A stretch of DNA of 64,000 bases from an uncultured Gammaproteobacteria bacterium. Lineage in GTDB: Bacteria; Pseudomonadota; Gammaproteobacteria; UBA9214. The position numbers were made by a program, and so were the translations under genes. The notes under the pieces are model-generated. The model was not told the origin of the DNA. It ran no database searches and saw nothing but the letters and a program-made list of their open reading frames with translations. This document shows positions 15,821 to 29,743 of the stretch, piece by piece. The stretch covers positions 32,001 through 96,000 of the forward strand of contig CAWHCQ010000016.1 of NCBI GenBank assembly GCA_963827755.1, given 5' to 3'. The first letter of the stretch is position 1; each line of letters begins with the position of its first letter.

Positions 15821-16706
15821 TCAGGCCCCGATGCTCCATTCGTTGATAAAAGGTTGATAAAAGTCCATCTCGCTCACGGTAGCGCCACGATTGCCGACTA
15901 TCCTGGAGGCAAACAGCTGCGCCCGCTGCAGGGTAACATCCAGTGGCCAGTCGTTGCATAGACCGAGAATGATCACCGCCGCGAAGGCATCGCCCGCACC
16001 CACCGTGTCCACCACCTCGATATCCCTGCCGGGCCGGACCTTGAAATATTCACCCGTGTCGGTGAGTAACTCGGCACCCTGCGCGCCATGCGTCAGCACC
16101 ATTCCGTTGAGTCCAAACTCGCCGAGAAAGTCGCTCGCGCCTGGCGTAGCGCCGCTGGCGGAAGGGTAGAGCAAGGCCAGCTCATCGGTATTGAGCTTGA
16201 CCCAGTGCGCCGTGTGCAACATCTCCAGCACCTGTTCACGTTGCCACCACGGCTGACGCAGGTTGACGTCGACAAACACGGTCTTCGGCTTGCAGGCAAG
16301 GAGTTGTTCCAGGGTCTGCCGCGATTTTGCCTCGCGCAGGCACAGGCTGCCATGATAGAGCAGGCGGCAATCCGCTGGTAGCGCTGGCGCCTCGATTGCA
16401 TCCCAGGCACAGGGCCGGACGATGTCGTAGACGTTCTCGTCATCGACAAAGGTCACGTTCACCCGGCCTGTCGGGTGCAGCGGATCTGTCTGCAGGCCGC
16501 TCCGTGTCCATGCCCCAGTCGCGCATGGCGGCGCGTACGGCCTCGCCATCCGGGTCGTTACCTGTGCGGCTGATGAACCAGGGCGCCTGCCCGAATGCCT
16601 GCAGGTGCCAGGCCACGTTGAAGGGCGCGCCGCCGAGGACACGCGTTCCATCCGCAAAATGATCAAACAATACTTCACCGAAGATGCACAGGCGCCGGTC
16701 TTTCAT
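15821..16706 (-). CDS. PfkB-family carbohydrate kinase, probable fructokinase (frameshift near 16500)
   Basis: FGEVLFD, GGAPFNVA, DVNLR, DTVGAGDAF. Confidence 0.9.
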
Positions 16707-17569
16707 GGTTGCTGTTCTACCATATCGAAGGCCATCCAGTCGATGCTGTGTGGATAATAGTGGGCGATACCTTCCAGCATGCCGGCACTGTAATTGCCGT
16801 TCATGCCCATGAAGTTCCCCTGTGCGATATAGAGTTGCCCGCTGTGCCCCGTCTCATCGGCCAGCCGGCGTGCCAGCTCGCGCACGGCCGGCTGACTGTT
16901 GGCCACCAGCACCGCCGGAATGGGGCTGGCCAGTACCTCGATATCGTTACCGCTGTCGCCGCAAAACACGGTGTTTTCATAACTGAAACCATGGTGCTTC
17001 ATGAGCGACTCCAGCGCGTGGTATTTCGATGCCCGCGCCGGCAATACGTCCAGCAGGCCGACACCCGCCGGCTCGTCGATGCTCCAGATCAGGCTCGCAT
17101 TCACTCCTTGCGCTTCCAGCCGCTGACGGATCAGTGCCGACAGGGTGCGACGATCGCTCTGCAGCGATACGAAATAGCTGAGCTTGTAGTCGTTCTGCCG
17201 GGTATATCCCTGCAGGCGCAGTTCGGGCAATTCGTGCAGCAGGGCCATCAGGTCATTACGGGTATGGCCTGACCAGTCGAGGGCGATTTCCTCTTCCCAG
17301 GACCGCTGGCGCACCCAGTCCCGCTCCGGTCCGACGTGGTAGATGGTGGTGCCGACATCGCCGACCACGAAATCCGGCAAAGGCAGGCAGTAATTGGTAA
17401 TGGCCTTTTCAACCAGGGCGCGATGCCGCCCGCTGACATAGGCAAGGGTGACATCGGGGTGCGCCACCAGTGCGTCGAAATGCCTTCTGGCATGCGGCGA
17501 CTCGGACTGCGGGCCGTTCGCGATCAGCGTGCGGTCGAGGTCGGTGCAGACAAGGAGTTGCTCAGACAT
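16703..17569 (-). CDS. spp: HAD-IIB sucrose-phosphate phosphatase
   Basis: MSEQLLVCTDLDRT (DxDxT), YVSGR, GDSGND; overlaps the sps stop. Confidence 0.88.
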   Translation of the reverse strand: MSEQLLVCTDLDRTLIANGPQSESPHARRHFDALVAHPDVTLAYVSGRHRALVEKAITNYCLPLPDFVVGDVGTTIYHVGPERDWVRQRSWEEEIALDWSGHTRNDLMALLHELPELRLQGYTRQNDYKLSYFVSLQSDRRTLSALIRQRLEAQGVNASLIWSIDEPAGVGLLDVLPARASKYHALESLMKHHGFSYENTVFCGDSGNDIEVLASPIPAVLVANSQPAVRELARRLADETGHSGQLYIAQGNFMGMNGNYSAGMLEGIAHYYPHSIDWMAFDMVEQQP

Positions 17570-19721
17570 GCGTCCCGGGCACCTTGCAGGCACTGAAGAA
17601 ATCATAATGCTCGATGGCCTCGAGAATTCCCAGTGCATGTGACTGGCCGGCGAAATAGATCCGCTCCTGGTCCACCAGTTGGGACAGTTCCTCGTGGTGT
17701 CGATTGCCGACCACCACGGCGAGGGTATTGCCACGCATCATGTCCTCGTCGGCGCCCGAGCCGCCCGCCGCGAGGATGTGTTCGAGGGGAATATCGAAGC
17801 GCTGCGAGATATAGCGCAGCGCCTGCCCCTTGGAGGCACGCGAGGGTACGATGTCGAGGTACTGGCCGAAAGAGTAGATGACATTGGCAGTCAGTTCCTT
17901 CTGCCGGATCAGGGTGTTGATCTCGTCCACCGGCGGCGCCTTTGCAGGATCGTAGTAATACGACAGCTTGAAGTGTGTCTGTTCGTTCTTCGGCTGGGGT
18001 TTCAAACCGGGCAGTTCGGCCAGCACCCGGCGCACTTGCTGCGAGTTCCAGTTGTGATCGATGTGGTCGGCCCAGTAGTTGTCCTCGGTCAGGGCCTGGC
18101 CATAATGGATGCGTGTACCGAGGCTGCTGATGAGCACGTCCGGCGTCGGGATGGCATGTTTTTTCATCAGCGCCAGCGCGGTATCGATGCGGCGCCCGGT
18201 GGCGATACCAAAGCTGACGCACTTGCGGTTCTCACGCATGGCCGCGATGAAGTGCTGAAGCGCCACGGGATTTCCGAGCAGGTTCTGGTCGAGGTCCGTG
18301 AAGATGGCGCGATCACGGTAACGCAAGGCCCGTGGTGCCGGTTGTTCGCGGGGGATAGGCTGTTCCTTGCCCGGCAGTGTCCGGATCCTGGCCAGGTAGC
18401 TCTGCGTATGCGCCTGCCAGGCGTAGTGGCGGCGCACCCCCCTGATACCGTTCTGGGAGGCCAGGGACCAGGCCTTGTCATCGCGCAGCAGCGTGAGCAA
18501 GGCAGCGGTGATGGCGTCCTTGTCCAGCGGGTCAACCAGTACACCGTTATTACAGTTGCCGATAATGTCCACCGGGCCGCCATTCTCGGTCGCCACCACG
18601 GGCAGGCCGCTGGCAGCGGCCTCCAGCAAGGTCAGGCCGAAAGGTTCGGTGAGTGCCGGGTTGATGAAGACGCCGCCGCCCGCTGCAACCAGGCGGTAGA
18701 TCTCAGGCACCTCGTCGGCGCGGTGGCTCTTGGGGATGGCCACTCTGCCGTACAGGTCATAGCTGTCGATGAGCAGCAGGAGGTTGGTCAGCACCGACTC
18801 GGCGCCGCTGTCCATGTCGCGGATATCGTCGCGGCTGCCGGCAATGATCAGCAGGTTGGCAGCCTGCTGCAGCGCCTGCGATTCACCGTAGGCCTCGACC
18901 AGCATAAGGATGTTCTTGCGTTCGTCCGGCCGCGACAGGGCCATGATCAGCGGCTTTTTCGGATTGCTGAGAAAACGCTGCACCTGCTTTTTAAAAGCGA
19001 TTTTCTCGCCTTTCCGCGGCGGATAAAACTGTTGCAGATCGGTACCCGGCGGGATGACTGCCATGCGCTCCGGGTCATAGTAATTGTAGAGCCCGTATTG
19101 TTCCTCTATTTCGTTGTGGGTGCTGGTGATGACCAGGTCGGCGTTGGCGAGGGCTTCTTCCTCGGCGTCGATGCGCCTTTCAATGTTGTAGGTTTTCTCG
19201 ATGTCTTCACGCGACAGGCCGTGGGCCAGCAATTGCTTGCGCTTGTCACGACCGAGAGAATGTCCGGTATAAATGAGAGGGATGCCGATGAGATTTGCAA
19301 GCCGTACACCGACATAGCCTGCATCGGCATAGTGACTGTGCACCAGGTCAGGCATGCGCGGCTGCTCGTTGAGCCAATTGACCAGGTTGTCCAGAAAGCT
19401 GTCGAGGTAGTCCCACAATTGCTCCTTGGGAATGTATTCATCGGGTCCGGCGTCGATACGCACGATGCGTGCATTGTCCGACATTGACTCGATGGGTACG
19501 GCATAGTCATTGTTGACTGCTGCATCGACCACCCGGCGCGTAACGAGGTCAACCTGCGCGATGCCTTCCTGTTCGGTGAGCGCCCGGGCAAGGTCAACCA
19601 CGTACTTCGTCTGTCCGCCGGTATCGGCGTCGCGACCAAGTTCCATATCATGGTTGCGGATCAGGCCATGGATGCTGATCAGAAGCAGATATTTTCCATT
19701 CGCATCAGTCTTCATGGGCAT
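17562..19721 (-). CDS. sps: Sucrose-phosphate synthase (GT4 plus C-terminal SPP-like domain)
   Basis: SIHGLIR..ELGRDADTGGQTKYV, HSHYADAG, GHSLGR, RPDERKN, EPFGLTLLEAAA; C-terminal FTDLDQN. Confidence 0.93.
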   Translation of the reverse strand: MPMKTDANGKYLLLISIHGLIRNHDMELGRDADTGGQTKYVVDLARALTEQEGIAQVDLVTRRVVDAAVNNDYAVPIESMSDNARIVRIDAGPDEYIPKEQLWDYLDSFLDNLVNWLNEQPRMPDLVHSHYADAGYVGVRLANLIGIPLIYTGHSLGRDKRKQLLAHGLSREDIEKTYNIERRIDAEEEALANADLVITSTHNEIEEQYGLYNYYDPERMAVIPPGTDLQQFYPPRKGEKIAFKKQVQRFLSNPKKPLIMALSRPDERKNILMLVEAYGESQALQQAANLLIIAGSRDDIRDMDSGAESVLTNLLLLIDSYDLYGRVAIPKSHRADEVPEIYRLVAAGGGVFINPALTEPFGLTLLEAAASGLPVVATENGGPVDIIGNCNNGVLVDPLDKDAITAALLTLLRDDKAWSLASQNGIRGVRRHYAWQAHTQSYLARIRTLPGKEQPIPREQPAPRALRYRDRAIFTDLDQNLLGNPVALQHFIAAMRENRKCVSFGIATGRRIDTALALMKKHAIPTPDVLISSLGTRIHYGQALTEDNYWADHIDHNWNSQQVRRVLAELPGLKPQPKNEQTHFKLSYYYDPAKAPPVDEINTLIRQKELTANVIYSFGQYLDIVPSRASKGQALRYISQRFDIPLEHILAAGGSGADEDMMRGNTLAVVVGNRHHEELSQLVDQERIYFAGQSHALGILEAIEHYDFFSACKVPGTHV

Positions 19722-19994
19722 AGTATGAGCTACTCTTCTTAAAGATTGTTCCGGCTGGATGATTGACCATACAGATCAGCTTGTAAAAGGATCGATACAG
19801 GCAATGGATAGCGACATTTCCCTGAAATCAGAAAAAACATATCTTATCACTGATTCCGCATTGCAGGCTCCATGCGCGATAACGCCATCGGGTTATACGC
19901 TGCATGCACTGATGCCGGCCGGCGCGACTTGTTTCTCAGGGGTGAAAACGGTACCTTTTACCGTAATACAGATATCCTTTTCACGGAACCGATA

Positions 19995-20950
19995 ATGAAT
20001 ATCAATTTTCTTGATTTTGAGCAGCCGATTGCCGAGATGGAGGCCAAGATCGATGAACTGCACTTTGTCAGTGATGATGCAGACGTAAATATTGCCGATG
20101 AGGTCATGAAGCTCAAGGAAAAGAGCCAGGCCATGACCAAGACGATTTTTTCGAGTCTCACTTCCTGGCAGATCTCACAGCTGGCGCGTCACCCGCAGCG
20201 TCCCTATACGCTTGACTACATCGAACGCATCTTTACGGATTTCGAGGAACTGCATGGTGACCGGCATTTTGCCGATGACCATGCCATTGTCGGCGGGGTC
20301 GCGTCGTCTCGAAGGTATCGCCTGTGATGGTGATCGGCCAGCAAAAGGGCAGGGACACCAAGGAAAAACTGCACCGTAACTTCGGTATGCCGCGGCCGGA
20401 AGGTTATCGCAAGGCACTGCGCCTGATGAAGATGGCCGAGAGATTCAATCTGCCGGTGCTGACGTTTATTGACACCCCGGGCGCCTATCCGGGCATCGGT
20501 GCGGAAGAGCGGGGCCAGAGCGAGGCCATTGCCAGGAACCTGCTGGAGATGGCGCAGTTGCGCACGCCGATTATCTGTACCGTGATCGGTGAAGGTGGCT
20601 CCGGCGGTGCGCTGGCAATCGGCGTCGGTGACCGGACCTTCATGCTGCAGTACAGTACCTACTCGGTGATATCGCCGGAGGGTTGTGCATCGATCCTCTG
20701 GAAGAGTGCTGACAAGGCATCGGATGCGGCCGAGGCCCTCGGTATTACCTCTGCCCGGCTGTTAAAGCTCGGCCTGATCGACAAGGTAATCGACGAGCCG
20801 CTGGGCGGCGCACACCGTGATGTCGACGCCACGGCCGAAAGTGTCAAGGCCGCCTTGCTGGAGGCGCTGACCAGGTTACAGAAACTCGACCATGACAAGC
20901 TGCTCAAGGCACGTTACAAACGCCTGATGGATTATGGGGAATTCAAGTAA
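19995..20950 (+). CDS. accA: Acetyl-CoA carboxylase carboxyltransferase alpha (apparent frameshift near 20300-20325)
   Basis: [44 protein letters not shown]. Confidence 0.95.
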
Positions 20951-20970
20951 GCGGTTATCGCTGACGCTTG

Positions 20971-21007
20971 TTCTCCCTGTCACATAGGGAGAGGGTCGGG
21001 AGAGGGG
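20971..21007. repeat. CTCCC..GGGAGAGGG-type intergenic palindromic element (REP-like)
   Basis: TTCTCCCTGTCACATAGGGAGAGGGTCGGGAGAGGGG between accA and tilS. Confidence 0.55.
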
Positions 21008-21045
21008 CTGATAACAAGGCACCTGCTCGACGACACCCCGGCGCA

Positions 21046-22368
21046 ATGAACTTTTCTCCTGACAGTCTTTACCGGCAACTGCTGCTTCACCCGGCATCCG
21101 CTTACCGGGTCGCCTACAGTGGCGGGCTGGATTCACATGTGCTGTTGCATGCACTGGTGCGTTTGCGCGACCGGCTGGACGCGGACATCGGGGCCGTGCA
21201 CGTCAACCACGCCTTGCAGGCCGATGCCGACCTCTGGGAAGAGCATTGCCGGCTTGTCTGCGAAGATCTCTGTGTCGACTATGTGTCCCTGCGTGTCGAT
21301 GCCGGTGGCGCACCAGGCGACAGTCCGGAGGCCGCTGCCAGGGATGCCCGCTATGCGGCATTGGCCGGGTGGTTACCGGCCGGTGCCTGCCTGTTGAGCG
21401 CGCAGCACCAGGATGACCAGGCGGAAACCCTGTTGTTGCAGTTGCTGCGCGGCAGCGGCGTCAATGGCCTTGCGGCCATGCCGCAGCTGAGTGAACTGGG
21501 CCGCGGGCAACTGTTGCGTCCCCTGCTTGGCCATACCCGCCGGCAACTACGAGCCTATGCCGAGGCAAACGGACTCCGCTGGATTGAGGACCCGAGCAAC
21601 CGCGATCTGGCCTTCGATCGCAACTCCCTGCGCAAACGTATCTTTCCCGTGTTGCGGGAGCGCTGGCCCGCCGCGGCGGCGGCCCTGTCGCGCAGTGCGG
21701 CACATTGTGCCGAGGCCGCAGACCTGTTGCAGCAAATCGCCACGCAGGACCTTGCAGGCATCCAGGGGAGTGCCAGCGACAGGCTGTCGCTGGCCGGGCT
21801 GGGAGTGCTCTCGCCGCAACGCCAGCGTAATGTGCTGCGTTACTGGTTTCGGCAGGCAAGCGCTGCCACGCCGTCTGCCGCGGTGCTGGCGCGCATCCAG
21901 CACGATGTCCTGCAGAGCCGCCGTGACGCAACACCCTGCGTGCGCTGGGGAGGTCATGAACTGCGCCGTTACCGGGATGATTTGTATTTGTTAAAACAAC
22001 GACATGAAGCAGATAGTTCGACCGTTATCGAGTGGCGCCTGGCAACACCCCTGTCCCTGCCGGATGCTGGCGGGGTACTCAGGGCCAGTCCGCAGACCGG
22101 CCGCGGTATCAGGGCCAGTGCCGTTGAATCCGGCGTACGGGTGGGCTGGCGCCAGGGCGGTGAACGCTGTCTCCCGGCTGGCCGTGGTCACCACCATTCG
22201 CTGAAGAAATTATTCCAGGAACGCGGCATTCCGCCCTGGGAACGCTCGCGTATTCCGTTGATCTATATCGATGATCAGCTGGCGGCCGTGGCCGGACTAT
22301 GGGTCTGCGAACCCTTCGATGCGCGACCCTCCGAGTCCGGCCTGATGATTGACTGGCAACGCGGCTGA
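21046..22368 (+). CDS. tilS: tRNA(Ile)-lysidine synthetase
   Basis: AYSGGLDS, HQDDQAET, DPSN, LKKLFQE..IPPWER. Confidence 0.95.
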   Translation: MNFSPDSLYRQLLLHPASAYRVAYSGGLDSHVLLHALVRLRDRLDADIGAVHVNHALQADADLWEEHCRLVCEDLCVDYVSLRVDAGGAPGDSPEAAARDARYAALAGWLPAGACLLSAQHQDDQAETLLLQLLRGSGVNGLAAMPQLSELGRGQLLRPLLGHTRRQLRAYAEANGLRWIEDPSNRDLAFDRNSLRKRIFPVLRERWPAAAAALSRSAAHCAEAADLLQQIATQDLAGIQGSASDRLSLAGLGVLSPQRQRNVLRYWFRQASAATPSAAVLARIQHDVLQSRRDATPCVRWGGHELRRYRDDLYLLKQRHEADSSTVIEWRLATPLSLPDAGGVLRASPQTGRGIRASAVESGVRVGWRQGGERCLPAGRGHHHSLKKLFQERGIPPWERSRIPLIYIDDQLAAVAGLWVCEPFDARPSESGLMIDWQRG

Positions 22369-22496
22369 ATAATACGCTGCCGGTAGCGGAATTCTGCGCC
22401 TTTGTACCGTGCAGGCAATTGAGGAAGCCACGCCAATCTGGTAACGTGTGTGCCCGTCCTGTGACAATTGTGTCGCACTCGAACTCCAGGCAGTAA

Positions 22497-24165
<1,669 letters not shown>

Positions 24166-24193
24166 GTGCTGAACGGCCCCTGATCAAGCTGTT

Positions 24194-25036
24194 ATGAAAT
24201 TGTGTGGATTCAATGCGGGTATCGAACACCCCCTGTTTTTGATTGCAGGGCCCTGTGTGATCGAGAATGAAACCTTGATCATCGACACGGCCGGGACTCT
24301 GAAAGAGATTACCGACGCACTCGGCATGGCGTTTATTTTCAAGTCGTCCTTTGACAAGGCCAATCGCTCCTCGTATAAAAGTTTTCGCGGTCCGGGCCTG
24401 GAACAGGGTCTCGCTATCCTGGAGAAGGTGCAATCACAGGTCGGTGTGCCGGTGCTGACCGATGTGCATGAAGATACCCCGCTGAATGAAGTCGCTGCCG
24501 TGGTCGATGTGCTGCAAACCCCCGCCTTCCTCTGCAGGCAGACCAATTTCATCCAGGCCGTTGCCAGCCAGGGCAAGCCGGTAAACATAAAGAAAGGCCA
24601 GTTTCTCTCTCCCTGGGATATGAAGAACGTTGCCGACAAGGCGCTGGCGACCGGTAACAGGCAGATCATGGTGTGCGAGCGGGGTGTGTCCTTCGGTTAT
24701 AACAACCTGGTGTCTGACATGCGCGGACTTGCGGTGATGCGTGACTGCGGCGTGCCGGTTGTTTTTGACGCCACCCACTCGGTGCAACTGCCTGGCGGAC
24801 AGGGCAGCAGTTCAGGCGGCCAGCGCGAATTTGTCCCGGTGCTGGCGCGTGCCGCAGTCGCGGCCGGTATTTCCGGCATCTTCATGGAGACCCACCCGGA
24901 CCCGGCGAAGGCGCTGAGCGATGGACCGAATGCCTGGCCACTAAAGCGGATGCAGCCGCTGCTGAGCACGCTGAAAATGCTCGATGATTCCATCAAGGCG
25001 GGAGAACTGGCGGAAACAAGCCTGATGAATAAATGA
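24194..25036 (+). CDS. kdsA: KDO 8-phosphate synthase
   Basis: [30 protein letters not shown]. Confidence 0.97.
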   Translation: MKLCGFNAGIEHPLFLIAGPCVIENETLIIDTAGTLKEITDALGMAFIFKSSFDKANRSSYKSFRGPGLEQGLAILEKVQSQVGVPVLTDVHEDTPLNEVAAVVDVLQTPAFLCRQTNFIQAVASQGKPVNIKKGQFLSPWDMKNVADKALATGNRQIMVCERGVSFGYNNLVSDMRGLAVMRDCGVPVVFDATHSVQLPGGQGSSSGGQREFVPVLARAAVAAGISGIFMETHPDPAKALSDGPNAWPLKRMQPLLSTLKMLDDSIKAGELAETSLMNK

Positions 25037-25080
25037 CCTTGTCGGCAAGGCTTGTTTATTGATTCATCCGGATTCTCTAA

Positions 25081-26404
<1,324 letters not shown>

Positions 26405-26428
26405 GCCCCGCGGAACAATTCATGAGCC

Positions 26429-26698
26429 ATGAAGAAATTGCTCATACTGCTGTTAATACTGCTGGTTTATTTGCAATACAGCCTCTGGATCGGCGATGGC
26501 AGCCTGCAGGACGTATGGCGCCTGCACCGGGATGTTGAACGGCAACGCCAGGAAAATGCACGGCTGCGTGAGCGTAACGAAGCACTCGATGCCGAGGTGC
26601 TGGACCTGCAGCAGGGGCTGGAGGCCCTTGAGGAACATGCCCGGGAGGATCTCGGCATGATCAAAAAGGGCGAGACCTTCTACCAGGTGGTTGAGTAG
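26429..26698 (+). CDS. ftsB: Cell division protein FtsB
   Basis: N-terminal TM, coiled coil, AREDLGMIKKGETFY. Confidence 0.94.
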   Translation: MKKLLILLLILLVYLQYSLWIGDGSLQDVWRLHRDVERQRQENARLRERNEALDAEVLDLQQGLEALEEHAREDLGMIKKGETFYQVVE

Positions 26699-26757
26699 CC
26701 GCTCCTGCGGGATGATTTACCCCCGCCAGGAATTAACCGGCGGCTATATCAATCACT

Positions 26758-26821
26758 GTAGGAGCCAGCGCCAGCTGGCGAAGTATTCGCGGGGTATTCG
26801 CGAGCTGGCGCTCGCTCCTAC
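26758..26821. repeat. GTAG-type REP doublet (REPIN-like)
   Basis: GTAGGAGCCAGCGCCAGCTGGCGAA ... TTCGCGAGCTGGCGCTCGCTCCTAC inverted pair between ftsB and ispD. Confidence 0.8.
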
Positions 26822-26837
26822 GGGGTATATAGTGCCT

Positions 26838-27548
26838 ATGCGTGATGATCCAAAATTCCATGCAGTGATCCCGGCAGCCGGCAGCGGTGCGCGCATGGCA
26901 GCGGGCATGCCCAAGCAATACCTGCCAATGGCAGGAAGGACCGTGCTCGAATACAGCCTCGATGCCTTGCTCGCCTGTGAACGCATTGAAACCGTCGTGC
27001 TGGTGCTTGCCGATGATGATGAATACTGGCCGACGATCGGCGATCGCTATAAAGACAGCCGCGTGGAAACCGTCAGCGGTGGCGCCGAACGCTGTTATTC
27101 AGTATTAAACGGCCTTGCACACCTTGCTGATACAGCGGATGAAAATGACTGGGTGCTGGTACACGATGCCGCGCGCCCGTGCCTGCGCCGGGAGGACCTT
27201 GATTTCCTGCTGGCTAGCCTCGAAGGTGACCCGGTCGGTGGTCTGCTGGGCATTCCGGTTACCGATACCAAGAAGCAGGTCAACGCCGATGGTGCCGTCA
27301 TCCAGACGCTGGAGCGTGAGGGAATATGGCGTGCCCTGACGCCGCAGATGTTTCGCCTCGGGCCGCTGCGTGATGCCTTGCAGCAGGCGATCGACAGGGG
27401 GGTGCTGGTGACCGATGAAGCGGCCGCGATGGAAATCACCGGGCAGCGGCCGCGCATGGTGCTGGGCCATGCTGATAACATCAAGATTACCCGGCCCGGC
27501 GATTTGCAGCTGGCGGAGTTTTACCTGCAGTCGAGGGAAACTTTATGA
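26838..27548 (+). CDS. ispD: 2-C-methyl-D-erythritol 4-phosphate cytidylyltransferase
   Basis: [27 protein letters not shown]. Confidence 0.96.
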   Translation: MRDDPKFHAVIPAAGSGARMAAGMPKQYLPMAGRTVLEYSLDALLACERIETVVLVLADDDEYWPTIGDRYKDSRVETVSGGAERCYSVLNGLAHLADTADENDWVLVHDAARPCLRREDLDFLLASLEGDPVGGLLGIPVTDTKKQVNADGAVIQTLEREGIWRALTPQMFRLGPLRDALQQAIDRGVLVTDEAAAMEITGQRPRMVLGHADNIKITRPGDLQLAEFYLQSRETL

Positions 27549-28015
27549 GAGTCGGACACGGTTTCGATGCACATGCGTTCAAGGATGGCGGGACTCTGGT
27601 GCTTGGAGGAGTCAATATCCCGCATACCCGCAGTCTCGAGGCGCACTCGGACGGAGATGTCGTGCTGCATGCCCTCTGCGATGCACTGCTGGGTGCAGCA
27701 GGTCTCGGTGATATCGGCATGCACTTCCCGCCGGGGGATGCAGAGTTTAAAAATATCGACAGCCGGATATTGCTGCGCCGGGTTATCGGACAGGTCGCGG
27801 AACAGGGTTACAGCCTGGCCAATGCCGATCTCACCATCGTCGCCCAGGCCCCGAAACTGGCCCGATTCGTCGATACCATGTGCATCAATATCAGTACCGA
27901 CTGCGCGGTGAAGGTCGACCAGGTCAACGTCAAGGCGACCACTACCGAGCACCTGGGTTTTACCGGCAGGGGTGAGGGCATTGCCGCCTTTGCCGTGGTC
28001 CTGCTGCGAGGCTAA
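27545..28015 (+). CDS. ispF: 2-C-methyl-D-erythritol 2,4-cyclodiphosphate synthase
   Basis: GHGFDAH, HSDGDV, DIGMHFP, KATTTE. Confidence 0.97.
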   Translation: MRVGHGFDAHAFKDGGTLVLGGVNIPHTRSLEAHSDGDVVLHALCDALLGAAGLGDIGMHFPPGDAEFKNIDSRILLRRVIGQVAEQGYSLANADLTIVAQAPKLARFVDTMCINISTDCAVKVDQVNVKATTTEHLGFTGRGEGIAAFAVVLLRG

Positions 28016-28036
28016 GGACCACGGGCAGGAGTCCTT

Positions 28037-29080
28037 GTGCTGCAGCAAGCCATCCATGCGCTGGCCTTCGCATCAGGCCAACCGACGGTCTCCGCCTGCC
28101 TGCGCAAGACACCCGAAGATTTCCGTGTCAATGAAATCCCGCTGCTTGAGCCGGACGGAACGGGTGAACATGCCTGGGTCCTGATCCGCAAGCGCCTGGA
28201 AAATACGGCCGGGGTGGCCGGGCTGCTGGCGAAGTTTTCCGGGGCGGCGCTGCGTGATGTCAGCTACGCGGGTATGAAAGACCGCCAGGCCGTTACCGAG
28301 CAATGGTTCTCCGTGCAGCTGCCGGGACGTGCCGACCCCGACTGGACGGCACTGAACTGCGAGACGATCACGGTTCTCAGGCATGTGCGCCATTCACGCA
28401 AGCTGCGCCGTGGTGCACTGAAAGGCAATGCCTTCCGGCTGGTGCTGCGCGACATCGACGGCGAGGCGAATCAACTGGACCGGCGGCTTGAGCATATTGC
28501 AAGGCAGGGTGTGCCGAATTATTTCGGCGAGCAGCGTTTCGGGCGCAATGGCGCCAACCTGCACACCGCCCTGCAGTTATTCGGGAACCCGCGGCGGCGG
28601 ATCTCCCGGACCCGGCGTGGCCTGGCGTTCTCGGCAGCGCGCTCGCTGTTGTTTAACCAGGTGCTGTCGCGGCGGGTCGCGGCGGGGAACTGGAACCAGG
28701 TGATCGCCGGCGACGCCCTGCAACTGCAGGGCAGTCACAGCTATTTCATTGCTGAAAACATCGACGCGGAACTGCTTGCACGCAGCGAACGCCAGGACGT
28801 GCATCCAACCGGGCCGCTGCACGGCCGTGGGGCAAACGCTGTGCGGCTGGATTGCCTGCAGCTGGAAAATGAAGTCCTCGCAGACTACCCGGACTGGCTG
28901 GCGGGTCTTGAAGCCGCCGGGTTGAAGCAGGACAGACGCGCACTGCGCGTGCCTGTCGAGGGGCTTGAATGGCAATGGACAGGAACGGATAAACTGGAAC
29001 TGGTTTTCTCGCTGCCCGCCGGCAGTTATGCAACCAGCGTACTGCGTGAGCTTGTTGTCAATACCGGGCAGGTACGCTGA
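28037..29080 (+). CDS. truD: tRNA pseudouridine(13) synthase TruD
   Basis: PEDFRVNE, AGMKDRQAVT, PNYFGEQRFG, LPAGSYAT. Confidence 0.96.
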   Translation: MLQQAIHALAFASGQPTVSACLRKTPEDFRVNEIPLLEPDGTGEHAWVLIRKRLENTAGVAGLLAKFSGAALRDVSYAGMKDRQAVTEQWFSVQLPGRADPDWTALNCETITVLRHVRHSRKLRRGALKGNAFRLVLRDIDGEANQLDRRLEHIARQGVPNYFGEQRFGRNGANLHTALQLFGNPRRRISRTRRGLAFSAARSLLFNQVLSRRVAAGNWNQVIAGDALQLQGSHSYFIAENIDAELLARSERQDVHPTGPLHGRGANAVRLDCLQLENEVLADYPDWLAGLEAAGLKQDRRALRVPVEGLEWQWTGTDKLELVFSLPAGSYATSVLRELVVNTGQVR

Positions 29081-29100
29081 GTCTGTCTCACCTGTACGTT

Positions 29101-29643
29101 TCAGTGTGCGCGCAACAGGACATATACCGCACCCGTGCCGCCATCCCGGGGCGGGGTGGAACTGAAGGCCAGTACGTCCTGGTGCTGGCGCAACCATGAA
29201 TTCAGCCGGTTTTTCAGGATCGGGGCATCACCGCCCGAACTATAGCCTTTGCCATGGATAATACGGATGCAGCGGATATGCCGGTCGCGACACCGGGTTA
29301 TGAAATTGGCGATGGCATTACGCGCAACTGCCGTGGTCATGCCGTGCATGTCGAGTTCGGCCCCGATGGGTAACTGGCCGCGCCTGAGCCGCTGCAGCTG
29401 GCGTTGTTGCACACCGCTGCGGGCAAAGAACAGGGTATCACTCGCAGTGACCGTGCCTGCATCGAAACCGTCCGAGAAACCCGCCTCGATGGCAGTGTCT
29501 GCAAAGTCCGGCTGGTTACGCGGCCGACTCGAGAGCCGCTTTCGAAAGGGTGGTATTTTGTCGCTGCCAAGCGGCCGGATAACGGCGGCACTGCGTCGAA
29601 ACAGCTCGATATCCTCCTGCGAAGGTTTCTTCCGGTCGGCCAT
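29101..29643 (-). CDS. Smr-domain endonuclease family protein
   Basis: LDMHG, IIHGKG, GGTGAVYVLL. Confidence 0.9.
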   Translation of the reverse strand: MADRKKPSQEDIELFRRSAAVIRPLGSDKIPPFRKRLSSRPRNQPDFADTAIEAGFSDGFDAGTVTASDTLFFARSGVQQRQLQRLRRGQLPIGAELDMHGMTTAVARNAIANFITRCRDRHIRCIRIIHGKGYSSGGDAPILKNRLNSWLRQHQDVLAFSSTPPRDGGTGAVYVLLRAH

Positions 29644-29743
29644 GAGAGTCAGCTGTTGATTATCCAGGTTTCAGTTTAGGAATCATTCAGGGCATCCCTT
29701 ATACTACATGGCCTGATCGAGGTTAATACACCTTTTACAATTG

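Noticed and set aside
17679-19487. 602-aa plus-strand ORF
   Set aside because: Antisense shadow of sps; no recognisable motifs, and such ORFs are expected in high-GC coding DNA
29101-29643. Smr gene inverted between truD and surE as a novel insertion
   Set aside because: To my recollection this arrangement is common in several gammaproteobacterial lineages
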